The position numbers were made by a program, and so were the translations under genes. A stretch of DNA of 64,000 nucleotides from Minisyncoccota bacterium (GTDB taxonomy: Bacteria > Patescibacteriota > Minisyncoccia > Phycocordibacterales > UBA6065), in contig DASZXC010000008.1 in NCBI GenBank assembly GCA_035546035.1, forward strand, positions 316,265 to 380,264. Direction: 5' to 3'. This document shows positions 1 to 9,587 of the stretch, piece by piece. Positions within the stretch are counted from its first letter, which is position 1; every line of letters begins with the position of its first letter. A model generated the notes under the pieces. The model did not search any database. It saw nothing but the letters and a program-made list of their open reading frames with translations, and was not told the origin of the DNA.

Positions 1-322
1 CGGTCAGGATGCGGAACGCTGCCGAAGAGACGGAGATATTGAGCAAAAATCCGGTGACCGAGATCAGGAGGAATCGCAGCCGCTCTTTGTTCAGGCCTTC
101 CGTCTTTTGGGCATTTTTCCGGGCGAATACCCAGTATTTATTGAGGTAATAGCTTGTAATGACCGCCGCTATGAAGCTGATCCCTTTGAAAGCGGCGTAT
201 TCTGATTTTCCTATCGTCGAATCGTCGAGAAGCAGTAAGAAATTGAAGACCGCATAATCCACGCCTGTGTTCGCGATGCCGGCCAGTATGAATCGGATGT
301 ATCGAGCGAATTTTTTATCCAT
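1..322 (-). CDS. GtrA-family flippase-like membrane protein, truncated by window edge
   Basis: Not in the ORF track. Hand translation from ATG at 322 gives MDKKFARYIRFILAGIANTGVDYAVFNFL...SYYLNKYWVF...RFLLISVTGFLLN, matching the GtrA pattern (RF..G..NT..D, N+.WvF). Confidence 0.85.
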   Translation of the reverse strand, partial: MDKKFARYIRFILAGIANTGVDYAVFNFLLLLDDSTIGKSEYAAFKGISFIAAVITSYYLNKYWVFARKNAQKTEGLNKERLRFLLISVTGFLLNISVSSAAFRILT

Positions 323-410
323 GTCGTTCGTTTTCGCCCCACGCTAATACGATCGGGCCGTTCCTATTGTTCCGAAGCGGCGAACCTATAGGATCGCCGG
401 AGCGTATTAC

Positions 411-1634
411 ATGCGCATGCAATCCGGCACCGGAAAAATATCAGGCATGTGGGTATATGGGGCGTTCGCGTGCATGGCAATCGCCGCCGCCGTTTTTTTA
501 TTCAACCTCCGGTTCATGCTCGATGCGAGGCCGCCGGACTTCTCCCAGAAGACCCTGCTCCAGGCGGTCTGGCATCATTACAAGTCCGAATATCTGGAGC
601 AAGGCACGCTCCGGAGCCTCGACAAAGATCAAGGGGGCGTAACCACGTCGGAAGGGCAGAGCTATATCATGCTCCGATCCGTCTGGATCGACGACAAGGC
701 GACGTTCGATATCGCCTGGCAGTGGACCAAAGACAATATACAGAGGAAGGGCGACCATCTCATGAGCTGGCTCTTCGGCGAGCGTCCTGACGGATCGTAC
801 GGCGTCCTTACCGATCGCGGCGGAGAGAATACGGCGAGCGATGCCGACATCGATATCGCCCTTTCGCTGCTCTTCGCGTCCAAGCGATGGGGCAGCGATA
901 CCTATTTCGGCGACGCCATAGGCATCATCAGGGACATCTGGGACAGGGAAGTCGTCATCATCAGCGGTAAGCCGTATCTGCTGGCGAACGATGTCGAAAA
1001 ACAGACATCCAAAAAGGTCCTTGTCGTCAATCCTTCGTACTTCGCGCCCTATGCGTTCAAAGCCTTCAAGCAGGCTGATCCTGACCATGATTGGCTCGGT
1101 CTGGCGTCTACGTCATACGACGTGGCGCTCGAGAGCGTTAAAGATCCTCTCGACAAAGCCAGCTCGGCCGGCCTGCCGCCTGATTGGATAGGCATGGACC
1201 GCGACACGGGCGCCATCGTATCCCTTTCGCGCGCGGCGAACGTCACCACTAATTTCAGCTTCGATGCCCTGCGGTTGCCGTGGAGGTTCGCCCTCGACTG
1301 GGAATGGAACAAGGATCCGCGCGCGAAAGCGGTGCTCGATGCCCTTGGCTACCTCTCTTCGGAATGGAGCGGGCATAAAGGGATCGCGTATGCCTATGCG
1401 CATGACGGGTCTCGCCTGACTGACAGCGAGTCAGCCGCCATGTACGGGGGCACGATCGGATATTTCATGGCGTCCGATCCCTCGAAGGCAAAAGAGGTGT
1501 ATCTTTCGAAGCTCGACGCTCTCTATGATCCGAACGAATCGACATGGAGGTCGCCTCTCAGCTATTACGACGAGAACTGGGCATGGTTCGGCATGGCTCT
1601 GTATGCGGGAGAGCTTCGCAACCTCTATGAATAG
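411..1634 (+). CDS. Membrane-anchored glycoside hydrolase family 8 (BcsZ-like endoglucanase)
   Basis: N-terminal TM helix; GH8 motifs TTSEGQSY, ASDADIDIA, NPSY, FSFDALRLPWR, YY. Confidence 0.88.
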   Translation: MRMQSGTGKISGMWVYGAFACMAIAAAVFLFNLRFMLDARPPDFSQKTLLQAVWHHYKSEYLEQGTLRSLDKDQGGVTTSEGQSYIMLRSVWIDDKATFDIAWQWTKDNIQRKGDHLMSWLFGERPDGSYGVLTDRGGENTASDADIDIALSLLFASKRWGSDTYFGDAIGIIRDIWDREVVIISGKPYLLANDVEKQTSKKVLVVNPSYFAPYAFKAFKQADPDHDWLGLASTSYDVALESVKDPLDKASSAGLPPDWIGMDRDTGAIVSLSRAANVTTNFSFDALRLPWRFALDWEWNKDPRAKAVLDALGYLSSEWSGHKGIAYAYAHDGSRLTDSESAAMYGGTIGYFMASDPSKAKEVYLSKLDALYDPNESTWRSPLSYYDENWAWFGMALYAGELRNLYE

Positions 1635-3090
1635 GACCAGCTCGATCAAGCCGGGAATATATATCCTCCTCCTCATGGCGTGCGCCGCGGCTTTTTCTCT
1701 GGCGATGTGGATGGACGAGAGCCTACGCCTCGACGAGGCGCAGAGCGTGTGGCAGACTTCGCGCGACCTGCCAGGCGTCATGCGCTATATAGCCAAGGAC
1801 GTCCACATGCCGCTCTATTTCATTCTCCTCCATTATTGGGAGATCGCATTCGGGACAGGCGAAGCGGCCATTAGGACGATGTCCCTCCTATTCTGCCTGG
1901 TATCGATACCCGCGATGTTTTACCTGGCGCTCCGGGCATATACTCCGCGCGTCGCATATTTCGCCTCGCTCCTCACGACCGTATCGCCATTCCTCGGCTG
2001 GTACGGATCCGAAGCCCGGATGTATTCGATGCTCTTCTTGTTCACCGCCCTCTCTCATCTGCTCTATATCAATCTGTGGAAGGCTCCTTCGCGGCGTATC
2101 TGGCTCTTGTACGGGATCGTGACGTTCCTCGGGCTCTTCACCCATATGTTCTTCGGATTCGTCGCATTGTCTCAAGCGGTGTTCTATTTCGCCCGACGGG
2201 ATATCTTTCCGAAGGGAAGCCTGGCGCGATTTCTCGGGACGGCGGCGCTCTGCGCCGTTCCCGTAGCCGTCTGGTTCGTGTATCGCCGCGTGGCGGGAGC
2301 GGGACTGTCGAATCCTGTGCTCGCGGCGCCGACGTCTTTCGATTTCTTCAACCTCTTTTCTAATTTCTTCATCGGTTTCCAGACGGACGCGGTCAACACG
2401 ATGTTCCTTTCCCTTTGGCCGCTCGCGGTGTTCGCAGCTTTCACTATCTTGAACAAGAAAAAGAGAACCGAGCCCCAGACCGGGTATCTGATGCTCGCGT
2501 CGCTCCTTCCGATCATGCTGACTTTCGCCGTGAGCGTCGCGTTCACGCCGATATTCCTGGGCCGCTATCTGATCGTGGCTTTGCCGAGCCTGTATCTCCT
2601 GGCTATCTATTTCCTGTCTTCCTACAAGCTGAGGGTCTCGAACTTCGTCCTCGGCGCGCTCTGCATCGGAGCTTTCTTCATGACCGGGTATCAGGCGGGC
2701 GACAAGGCTTCGCCAGTGAAGGAGGACTATCGATCCGTCGCGGCATACGTCGCCGCCCGCACCCGCGCCGACGACCTTCTCGTCGTATCGGCGCCGTTCC
2801 TTACGTATCCGATCGAATATTATTACCGGGGAGAAGCGCGCATCGAGACCTTTCCGCGATGGGACAGGTATACGGACGATCCTCTGCCTGAACCCTATAG
2901 CCCCGGCCTCATCGCGAAGGATTCGGCGGACTGGGCCAAGGTCTATCAGCGCGTCTATGTCGTCTTCGGCTACCATCAGCCGTACGAAGAGGACACGAGG
3001 TTCTATCTGGATACCCATTACGAGAGGATCGAAGAGAAAACATTCTCGTCTGGGCTATCGTTATACGTCTATAAGCTTAGATACCTCTGA
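1627..3090 (+). CDS. GT-C fold glycosyltransferase (GT39/ArnT/PMT-like)
   Basis: SLRLDE, DVHMPLYF, EARMYS motifs and many TM helices; ATG at 1627 overlaps the GH8 stop. Confidence 0.85.
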   Translation: MNRTSSIKPGIYILLLMACAAAFSLAMWMDESLRLDEAQSVWQTSRDLPGVMRYIAKDVHMPLYFILLHYWEIAFGTGEAAIRTMSLLFCLVSIPAMFYLALRAYTPRVAYFASLLTTVSPFLGWYGSEARMYSMLFLFTALSHLLYINLWKAPSRRIWLLYGIVTFLGLFTHMFFGFVALSQAVFYFARRDIFPKGSLARFLGTAALCAVPVAVWFVYRRVAGAGLSNPVLAAPTSFDFFNLFSNFFIGFQTDAVNTMFLSLWPLAVFAAFTILNKKKRTEPQTGYLMLASLLPIMLTFAVSVAFTPIFLGRYLIVALPSLYLLAIYFLSSYKLRVSNFVLGALCIGAFFMTGYQAGDKASPVKEDYRSVAAYVAARTRADDLLVVSAPFLTYPIEYYYRGEARIETFPRWDRYTDDPLPEPYSPGLIAKDSADWAKVYQRVYVVFGYHQPYEEDTRFYLDTHYERIEEKTFSSGLSLYVYKLRYL

Positions 3091-3092
3091 CG

Positions 3093-4676
3093 ATGCCTTC
3101 GAAATTCGACTTTCTCCATAGCCGGTCGCAACGCTTGCTCCTCGCGGCGAACCTTGCTTTCGCCACGGTCTATTTCTTCGTCATCAGCTTTATGTTCCCG
3201 CATGGGAACGAGGCGCTGTTCTGGATGCTCCTCGCGGGCGAGATATTCCATGCCTGGCAGGCCGTCACCTATCTCTATACCGTCTGGATTATGGATCATG
3301 AGGCCAGGCACGACCCCGATTTCATGCCCGACGTAGACGTCTATATAACCGTCGCCGGAGAGCCGGCCGATATCGTAGAGGAGACCGCGCGCGCCGCGCG
3401 GGACATGGACTATCGCTTCCATCGCGTCTTCCTCTTGAACGACGGATTCGTCGCGAACAAGGCTCATTGGCAGGACGTCGAGGCGCTCGCCGAGAGGCTC
3501 GGTATCGCTTGCATCACGCGCAAGACGCCCGGCGGCGCTAAGGCTGGGAACATCAATAACGCTTTGTCGCATACCAAGGCGCCTTTCGTCGTCATCTTCG
3601 ACGCCGACCATGCTCCGCATAAGGATTTCCTCCTGAAGACCGTCGGGTTCTTCTCGGATCCCGGGCTCGCATACGTCCAGACGCCGCAGTTCTATAAGAA
3701 CGCGCACAAGAACGCGGTTGCCCTCTCCGCGTGGGAACAGCAGAAGCTCTTCTTCGGCCCGATATGTCGCGGCAAGAATCGTCTGAATTCGGGCACCATG
3801 TGCGGCACGAATATGGTCATCAGGCGGAGCGCTCTAGAGGAAGCGGGCGGCATGTGCCAGGAATCGATCGCGGAGGATTTCGTGACAGGGCTCTTCATCC
3901 ATGAGAAGGGATGGAAGTCGCTCTATGTGCCCGAGGTGCTCGCCGAGGGGCTGGCTCCGGAGGATTTCCTGTCATATACCAAGCAACAATTCCGCTGGGC
4001 GCGCGGCGCCCTCGACGTCCTCTTTCGATACAATCTGTTTTTTCGCCGAGGACTTACTGCTGACCAGAAGATCCAGTATCTCTCGTCCGTCACCTATTTT
4101 CTTTCCGGTGCGGTCGTGCTCATGAACGTGCTTTTGCCCGTCCTGTTCCTCTATTTCGGCATATTCCCCATAAAGACGGATACGATGCTCCTGGCAGCGG
4201 TCTTTATCCCGTATATGTTCATCACCGTCGGCGTACTGTCATCGACATCGAACGGGCATTTTTCGTTCCGGGCCCTCTCGTTCTCCTTTTCCTCGTTCAC
4301 AATCCATGTCCAAGCGCTCTGGTCCGCGATGACGGGTAGGAAATCGTCGTTCTCGATCACGTCGAAGAAGGGGATAGAGGGGAATTTCCTGTATCTCGTC
4401 ATTCCGCACATCGCCTACCTCTTCCTCGTTGCCGGGGGCGTTCCGTTCGCGCTTGCGCGCGAAGGCCTTTCCGCGTCGGTCGTCAACAACTCTACTTGGG
4501 CACTCTTCAATGTCGGCATGTTCGTACCCTATATACTGGCCGCGGCGCCTGAAGGATTCGTAAAGCGGTATCTTAATCGTCTCTATGACATGATGTTCGT
4601 CCCTGAGGCCGTCGTTTCGACCAAGGTCAGGATGGTCGCGGGGCGGCTCTCGAGCATCGAGAAGGGGAAGCCATGA
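3093..4676 (+). CDS. Cellulose-synthase-like processive GT2 (BcsA-like, no PilZ domain)
   Basis: GAKAGNIN, FDADH, VQTPQ, MCGTN, IAED, QQFRW motifs plus flanking TM helices. Confidence 0.88.
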   Translation: MPSKFDFLHSRSQRLLLAANLAFATVYFFVISFMFPHGNEALFWMLLAGEIFHAWQAVTYLYTVWIMDHEARHDPDFMPDVDVYITVAGEPADIVEETARAARDMDYRFHRVFLLNDGFVANKAHWQDVEALAERLGIACITRKTPGGAKAGNINNALSHTKAPFVVIFDADHAPHKDFLLKTVGFFSDPGLAYVQTPQFYKNAHKNAVALSAWEQQKLFFGPICRGKNRLNSGTMCGTNMVIRRSALEEAGGMCQESIAEDFVTGLFIHEKGWKSLYVPEVLAEGLAPEDFLSYTKQQFRWARGALDVLFRYNLFFRRGLTADQKIQYLSSVTYFLSGAVVLMNVLLPVLFLYFGIFPIKTDTMLLAAVFIPYMFITVGVLSSTSNGHFSFRALSFSFSSFTIHVQALWSAMTGRKSSFSITSKKGIEGNFLYLVIPHIAYLFLVAGGVPFALAREGLSASVVNNSTWALFNVGMFVPYILAAAPEGFVKRYLNRLYDMMFVPEAVVSTKVRMVAGRLSSIEKGKP

Positions 4677-4711
4677 AAAGGCCCGCATTTTTATGCGGGC
4701 CTCGCGATATG

Positions 4712-5215
4712 TCACCCGGCCAGAGCTTTTTCAAGCTCGTTGAGTCTGGCGACGAGCTTCAATATGCCGTTGGAGAATGCTTCCCGGGTCATATACTGGA
4801 CGAGCAGCTCTTGCGGCAGAGGAAACGCATCGTATTCGCGGAACGCATAGAAAGCGGAACCGAATAGCACACCGTTTTCGACGGAACCGAAGGCCTCGGA
4901 GATCGCCTCCATGGCGAACCAGTCATCCGATATAGCCTCCCGCATCTTCTTTTCCAGCTCTTGCCGCCTCTTTGCGACCATCAGGTCGACAAGCTTCCTT
5001 CGCCTCGGATAGAGGGCGATGCATATGCCGACCTCTTCGTCGGTCAGACCTGCAGGGATCATCCGGGGACTGAAGAACATATGCAGGTCGCCGCGGTCGG
5101 TCTTCGTCTTGAAGGCGCCGCTCGCCGCGTAATCCTGCATGCGACTCTCCTGCCGGTCGGCGCATTCCTGGAGCATCCTAGAGATAGTCTCTTCTCTGTC
5201 AGATTTATCGTTCAT
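4712..5215 (-). CDS. Hypothetical protein (orphan)
   Basis: 167-aa ORF filling the gap; terminator hairpin at 4676-4702; TTGACA upstream on the minus strand. Confidence 0.65.
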   Translation of the reverse strand: MNDKSDREETISRMLQECADRQESRMQDYAASGAFKTKTDRGDLHMFFSPRMIPAGLTDEEVGICIALYPRRRKLVDLMVAKRRQELEKKMREAISDDWFAMEAISEAFGSVENGVLFGSAFYAFREYDAFPLPQELLVQYMTREAFSNGILKLVARLNELEKALAG

Positions 5216-5295
5216 AAGGTACGTGCTGTTTGCCTCACGCTAGAGCATTCGCAGGGCCGTGTCAATCGCGCGAGGAATCGGTGTATACTGGATCG

Positions 5296-5862
5296 ATGGA
5301 AACCTCTTCGACCGGAAATATCCCGACCATATCCCTCGGCGCCTGGAACCGGCTCGGTTCCCGCACGTATTGGCTCTTCTTGTCCCAAAAGCTGGAATAC
5401 GCGACAGGCTTTCTTATCCTCGCCGTCATATTCACCGCGGTGCGCGGAGTTTCAGCTATTCCGGCGCCGGTCGTACCGTTCGTCGGCCTCGCGGGAGTCG
5501 TCTGCTTCATCGTATTCTTCATCGCCCTCGCGATCGCCATCGTCGCGAGCCGCCTTGCGTATCGAAGCTATGAATACTGCATAGACGAAGACGCGCTGAA
5601 GATCCGACAGGGGATCATGAATCAGCAGGAGATCGCCATTCCTTATCGCCAGATCCAGACGGTAGACATCGAAAGGAAATTGGGCGAAAGGCTCATGGGC
5701 CTTTCTCGCGTCGTCATACTGACCGCTGCTGAAGACAATGGGCGAACCGAATACAACGAATCCGAGGGCGCTCTGCCGGCTATGGACCAAAAGCTCGCCG
5801 CCGTCTTCCGCGACGAGCTTCTGAAGCGCGCCAACGTCCAGAAAGTCGTAAGCGCGATATAG
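5296..5862 (+). CDS. Bacterial PH-domain (bPH_2/YdbS-like) membrane protein
   Basis: Two TM helices then YEY.I....L.IRQG.....IPYRQIQTVDI; TATACT 6 nt upstream of ATG 5296. Confidence 0.8.
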   Translation: METSSTGNIPTISLGAWNRLGSRTYWLFLSQKLEYATGFLILAVIFTAVRGVSAIPAPVVPFVGLAGVVCFIVFFIALAIAIVASRLAYRSYEYCIDEDALKIRQGIMNQQEIAIPYRQIQTVDIERKLGERLMGLSRVVILTAAEDNGRTEYNESEGALPAMDQKLAAVFRDELLKRANVQKVVSAI

Positions 5863-5865
5863 ATC

Positions 5866-6627
5866 ATGGATTTCATCACCGCTATCATCTTGGGAATCGT
5901 CGAGGGCGTCACGGAGTTCCTGCCGATCTCTTCGACGGGGCATCTCGTCATCGTGAATCAATGGCTTTCATTCAGCCCTGATTTCACCAAGATGTTCGAT
6001 GTCATCATCCAGCTCGGCGCCATCCTCGCGGTCCTCGCGCATTTCCGCTCGAAACTCCGCCCGCCGTTCGTTATATGGAAAAAAGCGATCGTCGCGGTCA
6101 TTCCCGCGCTCGTCCTCGGCGCGCTCTTCGGAAGCGCGATCGAGGCCGCCCTCTTTAATCCTGACGTCGTCGCGGGCGCTCTCATTATCGGCGGCGCGAT
6201 CCTTGTTTTGGTCGAAAAACGGACGCTCGCTCCGACGATCACCGAAGCGGGTGCCGTAGGATACAAGAAAGCTCTCTATATCGGCCTTGCCCAATGCCTC
6301 GCTCTCATACCTGGTACGTCGCGATCGGCCGCCTCGGTCATCGGCGCGCGATTGCTCGGCATGTCGCGGCCTGCCGCCGCCGAATTCTCTTTCTTCCTCG
6401 CCGTGCCGACGATGCTCGCCGCTTCGGGGTATTCGCTTTTGAAGCACGGCATCCATATGACGGGCCACGAGGCTGCGCTTTTGGTCACAGGCTTCGTCGT
6501 TTCGTTCGTCGTCGCCTGGGCGGTCATCGGCGCATTCATGAGATTCATCCAAACCAGGAGCTTTGCTTCATTCGGCTGGTACCGGATCGTCCTCGGCGCG
6601 ATTGTGCTTCTCTTCCTTGCGCGCTAA
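5866..6627 (+). CDS. uppP: Undecaprenyl-diphosphatase BacA/UppP
   Basis: GIVEGVTEFLPISSTGH and PGTSRS motifs. Confidence 0.96.
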   Translation: MDFITAIILGIVEGVTEFLPISSTGHLVIVNQWLSFSPDFTKMFDVIIQLGAILAVLAHFRSKLRPPFVIWKKAIVAVIPALVLGALFGSAIEAALFNPDVVAGALIIGGAILVLVEKRTLAPTITEAGAVGYKKALYIGLAQCLALIPGTSRSAASVIGARLLGMSRPAAAEFSFFLAVPTMLAASGYSLLKHGIHMTGHEAALLVTGFVVSFVVAWAVIGAFMRFIQTRSFASFGWYRIVLGAIVLLFLAR

Positions 6628-6636
6628 TCTATCTCC

Positions 6637-7206
6637 ATGCCTTCTCTGGTAGATTCGATACTCTCGCGCGTATCCGAGCTCGATTCCTCGCTCATATACC
6701 TGGTCCAATCCATCGGTCCCGGATTCCAGGGGATAGCGCGATTCATATCGCACGGCGCTATTTCGAACCTGGTATTCCTCGCGCTCGTCCTCGGCGCGCT
6801 CCTTCTCATAGAGAAATGGCGGATCTCTCTCGAAGTCGTCATCATCGCCCTCGTATCCTATGGAGCGCTCGTGCTCCTCAAGCTCTTTTTTCACGTAGAC
6901 AGACCGTATGCGGTCGATCCGCTCGTCGTTGCGTATGACAAAGACATCGGCTTCGGCCTGCCTTCGATCCATGCGGCGATGTCGGTCGTCGTCCTGGGCT
7001 GGATCGCTCTCCGTCACCCGAAAAGCCATGTCGTCCTCTGGGGCTCGGTCGCTCTTATCGTGCTCGTCGGTCTTTCGCGCGTGTATCTCGGCGTCCATTA
7101 TCCGTCCCAGGTGCTCGCCGGATGGATATTCGGCATCCTCTTCCTTTATATATTCAGAGTCATAGACAAGCGGCTCTGGTCTCCGTTCCAAAAGAAGCTA
7201 AAATAA
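6637..7206 (+). CDS. PAP2-family membrane phosphatase
   Basis: K......RP, PSIH and SRVYLGVHYPSQV motifs. Confidence 0.9.
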   Translation: MPSLVDSILSRVSELDSSLIYLVQSIGPGFQGIARFISHGAISNLVFLALVLGALLLIEKWRISLEVVIIALVSYGALVLLKLFFHVDRPYAVDPLVVAYDKDIGFGLPSIHAAMSVVVLGWIALRHPKSHVVLWGSVALIVLVGLSRVYLGVHYPSQVLAGWIFGILFLYIFRVIDKRLWSPFQKKLK

Positions 7207-7214
7207 CTAACCCT

Positions 7215-8363
7215 ATGAAGCAGCCTGAAGCAAGCCGCACTTGGATCGAGATCGATCTTGGGGCTATAGAAAAGAACGCCGCTGTCTTGAAAGCGCTCGT
7301 CGGCGCATCGGCGAACGTCATGGCTGTAGTTAAGTCGAATGCGTACGGCCACGGCATGGTCGAATCGGCGCGCGCGGCTCTGCGCGGCGGCGCGACCTGG
7401 CTCGGCGTGGACGAATTATCGGAGGCATTAGAGCTCCGCAAAGCGCGCATCAAGGCGCCGATACTGGTTTTGGGGTACACGCTCCCGACGCTCTATAAAA
7501 CCGCGGCGGAAAAGGATGTCTCTCTCACCATTTCATCCCTCGAATCGCTTCAGGCCCTGTCGCGGGCGAAATTGCCCAAAGCCAAGGCGAATATGCTCCG
7601 CATCCACGTGAAATTCGATACGGGCCTCCACAGGCAGGGCATTTTGGAGACCTATGTCCAGCAAGCGGTGCGCTTGCTGACCGCAAAGGGCTTTCCTGCT
7701 GTCGTCGAAGGCGTCTATACCCATTTCGCCGCCATGGAAGATCCGATGCACCGCGAATATTCCGAGGCGCAGGCGCGATCATTCCGCGCCATCGTCGCGA
7801 AGATCCGCGAAAAGGGATTGAAGCCGATCACGCATTCGTCCGCGTCGTCAGGGATACTTTTCTCCAAGGACTTTCATTTCGATATGGCGCGCGCAGGAAT
7901 CGCCCTCTACGGCCTCTGGCCGTCGCGGGAGATAAAAAAGTGGGCCGAAAGCGTCGGCGGGGAGGCATATGTGCCGAAACTCGCTCCCGCTCTTTCATGG
8001 AAAGCGATCGTCTCCGAAGTGAAGCTCATACCCAAGGGTGCCAAGGTCGGCTATGACCTGACGTTCGAAGCGAAGCGCCCGTCGAGGATCGCCGTCATCC
8101 CGGTCGGATACTGGCACGGCCTGCCGCGCTCGCTTTCGAACAAAGGCCAGGTCGCCATCCGCGGCGCTCGGGCCAGTATCATCGGCCGCATCTCGATGGA
8201 TATGACCATCCTCGACGTCACCGACATACCGAGCGTTCGCGAAGGCGACGAAGCGACGATCATCGGCGCGGGTATGGGCGTCGAACAAGTCGCCGAAAGG
8301 GCGGGGACGATCAATTACGAGCTCGTCACGCGCATTAATCCCCTTATCCCTCGAATATCATAA
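7215..8363 (+). CDS. alr: Alanine racemase
   Basis: VVKSNAYGHG PLP-lysine motif, DTGLHRQG, GRISMD, GTINYE. Confidence 0.96.
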   Translation: MKQPEASRTWIEIDLGAIEKNAAVLKALVGASANVMAVVKSNAYGHGMVESARAALRGGATWLGVDELSEALELRKARIKAPILVLGYTLPTLYKTAAEKDVSLTISSLESLQALSRAKLPKAKANMLRIHVKFDTGLHRQGILETYVQQAVRLLTAKGFPAVVEGVYTHFAAMEDPMHREYSEAQARSFRAIVAKIREKGLKPITHSSASSGILFSKDFHFDMARAGIALYGLWPSREIKKWAESVGGEAYVPKLAPALSWKAIVSEVKLIPKGAKVGYDLTFEAKRPSRIAVIPVGYWHGLPRSLSNKGQVAIRGARASIIGRISMDMTILDVTDIPSVREGDEATIIGAGMGVEQVAERAGTINYELVTRINPLIPRIS

Positions 8364-8641
8364 TGGCCCATATCAGCAGAAAGCGATCGGCGGCGCTCCT
8401 CATTATCGCGGGATTTTTCGACCTTCTGTCGCTCGTACCAGGGCTTTCGGAGATCGTATCCATCATCGGTCAGATCGTTATGGGATGCCTATTCTTTACC
8501 CAGGGCGTGAACGTATTCCAGGGTAGGCAGGCGACGCTCTATATCGTCTCGACCCTGGTCGAAGCGATCCCTGCGACGAGCTTCGCCCCTATGTTCCTGA
8601 TAGAGACCTTGGTCCTCATATCTTGGTCAAAGAGGCGATAA
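8363..8641 (+). CDS. Small hypothetical membrane protein
   Basis: 92 aa, hydrophobic, start overlaps the alr stop. Confidence 0.65.
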   Translation: MAHISRKRSAALLIIAGFFDLLSLVPGLSEIVSIIGQIVMGCLFFTQGVNVFQGRQATLYIVSTLVEAIPATSFAPMFLIETLVLISWSKRR

Positions 8642-8696
8642 TTTGCCCTTTTCAGGGCGCCGTGATACTATCCCCCTACAACTTTTATTCAATCCC

Positions 8697-8852
8697 ATGT
8701 CCCAGGACCAACTCATCATTCTGCGCAATAAAGAGACCGGCGAGGTCTACTATAGCCGCAAGAACAAGCGCAAAGTAGAGCGCAAGATCGAGCTCAAGAA
8801 ATACTCGAAGAAGCTCCGAAAGCGCGTCACCTTCAAGGAAGCGAAGAAGTAA
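8697..8852 (+). CDS. rpmG: 50S ribosomal protein L33 (Cys-free)
   Basis: YYSRKNKRK..RKIELKKYS...RKRVTFKE; terminator hairpin at 8851-8884. Confidence 0.93.
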   Translation: MSQDQLIILRNKETGEVYYSRKNKRKVERKIELKKYSKKLRKRVTFKEAKK

Positions 8853-8967
8853 GAAAAAACCGCCGATTAGGCGGTCTTTTCTTGACCCGTTTCAATTAAT
8901 CAGTATAAAGATATGAGAATCCAAGGCATCCAGCCGGGGACGTAAATTCACATCGGAGAATCAATCT

Positions 8968-9291
8968 ATGCCACCCTTCGTCAGTCTTCCTAAAGGCACG
9001 ATCATCATTAAGCGGCACACGGTCGCTGTACTCAGCAGAAAGCCCGGCGCTCGAAAAGCCTTGATCGGTCTGTGCGAACAAGCATCTACAGAGCTCAAGA
9101 GCGACCGCATGCGTTGGCGCGCTCCGGAGCATCAATTCCGCTGGTATTGGGAAACTATTCACCATTTCAGCGTCAAGCTTTTGAAAAAGCCCGAGCTCGA
9201 TCTTGTCGCAATGCTTCGTAAATTCACCGCGAAGACGAATTTCAACGCAACCGGCTACAATGCCGCTCTTTCCCAGATCCTTCCCTCGTGA
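8968..9291 (+). CDS. Hypothetical basic protein (orphan)
   Basis: 107-aa ORF with promoter TTGACC-16-TATAAG (8882-8909), GGAGA SD and terminator at 9301-9330. Confidence 0.55.
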   Translation: MPPFVSLPKGTIIIKRHTVAVLSRKPGARKALIGLCEQASTELKSDRMRWRAPEHQFRWYWETIHHFSVKLLKKPELDLVAMLRKFTAKTNFNATGYNAALSQILPS

Positions 9292-9346
9292 GGGATTACG
9301 AGCTCCGCCCAGTACGGCGGAGCTTTTTGTTATCTACCATCTGATG

Positions 9347-9417
9347 CGGGCGATGAGGGAATCGAACCCCCGACAAGGCGTTTGGAGTGCCTCGTTATGC
9401 CACTTAACTAATCGCCC
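9347..9417 (-). tRNA. tRNA-Trp(CCA), CCA end not encoded
   Basis: GGGCGAT/ATCGCCC acceptor stem, G73, anticodon loop CT-CCA-AA, GGTTCGATTCC T-arm. Confidence 0.92.
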
Positions 9418-9464
9418 TTGCTAGGGATTTATACCATAAAACTCTTAATTTTTCCTTATGGAGC

Positions 9465-9555
9465 GGGTAAGAGAAAAGCCCAAGCGTTTGCTTGAGCTCT
9501 CCTGAATGCAACGATCCGATGTCGAATCGGACCAGTGGGTTACCCCAAATGTAAT
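9465..9555 (-). ncRNA. Candidate ~85-nt small RNA
   Basis: TTGATT-16-TATACT promoter, GUAA-tetraloop hairpin, 8-bp hairpin, then a terminator hairpin with U-tract. Confidence 0.4.
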
Positions 9556-9587
9556 ATAAGTATATACTTCTTCCCGTACTAATCAAT

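Noticed and set aside
9459-9475. Minus-strand TTCTCTTACCCGCTCCA resembling a tRNA-Gly 3' end (att scar) or tmRNA end
   Set aside because: Only about 11 nt fit, there is no T-loop at the right distance, no integrase nearby, and the unit is far too short for tmRNA.
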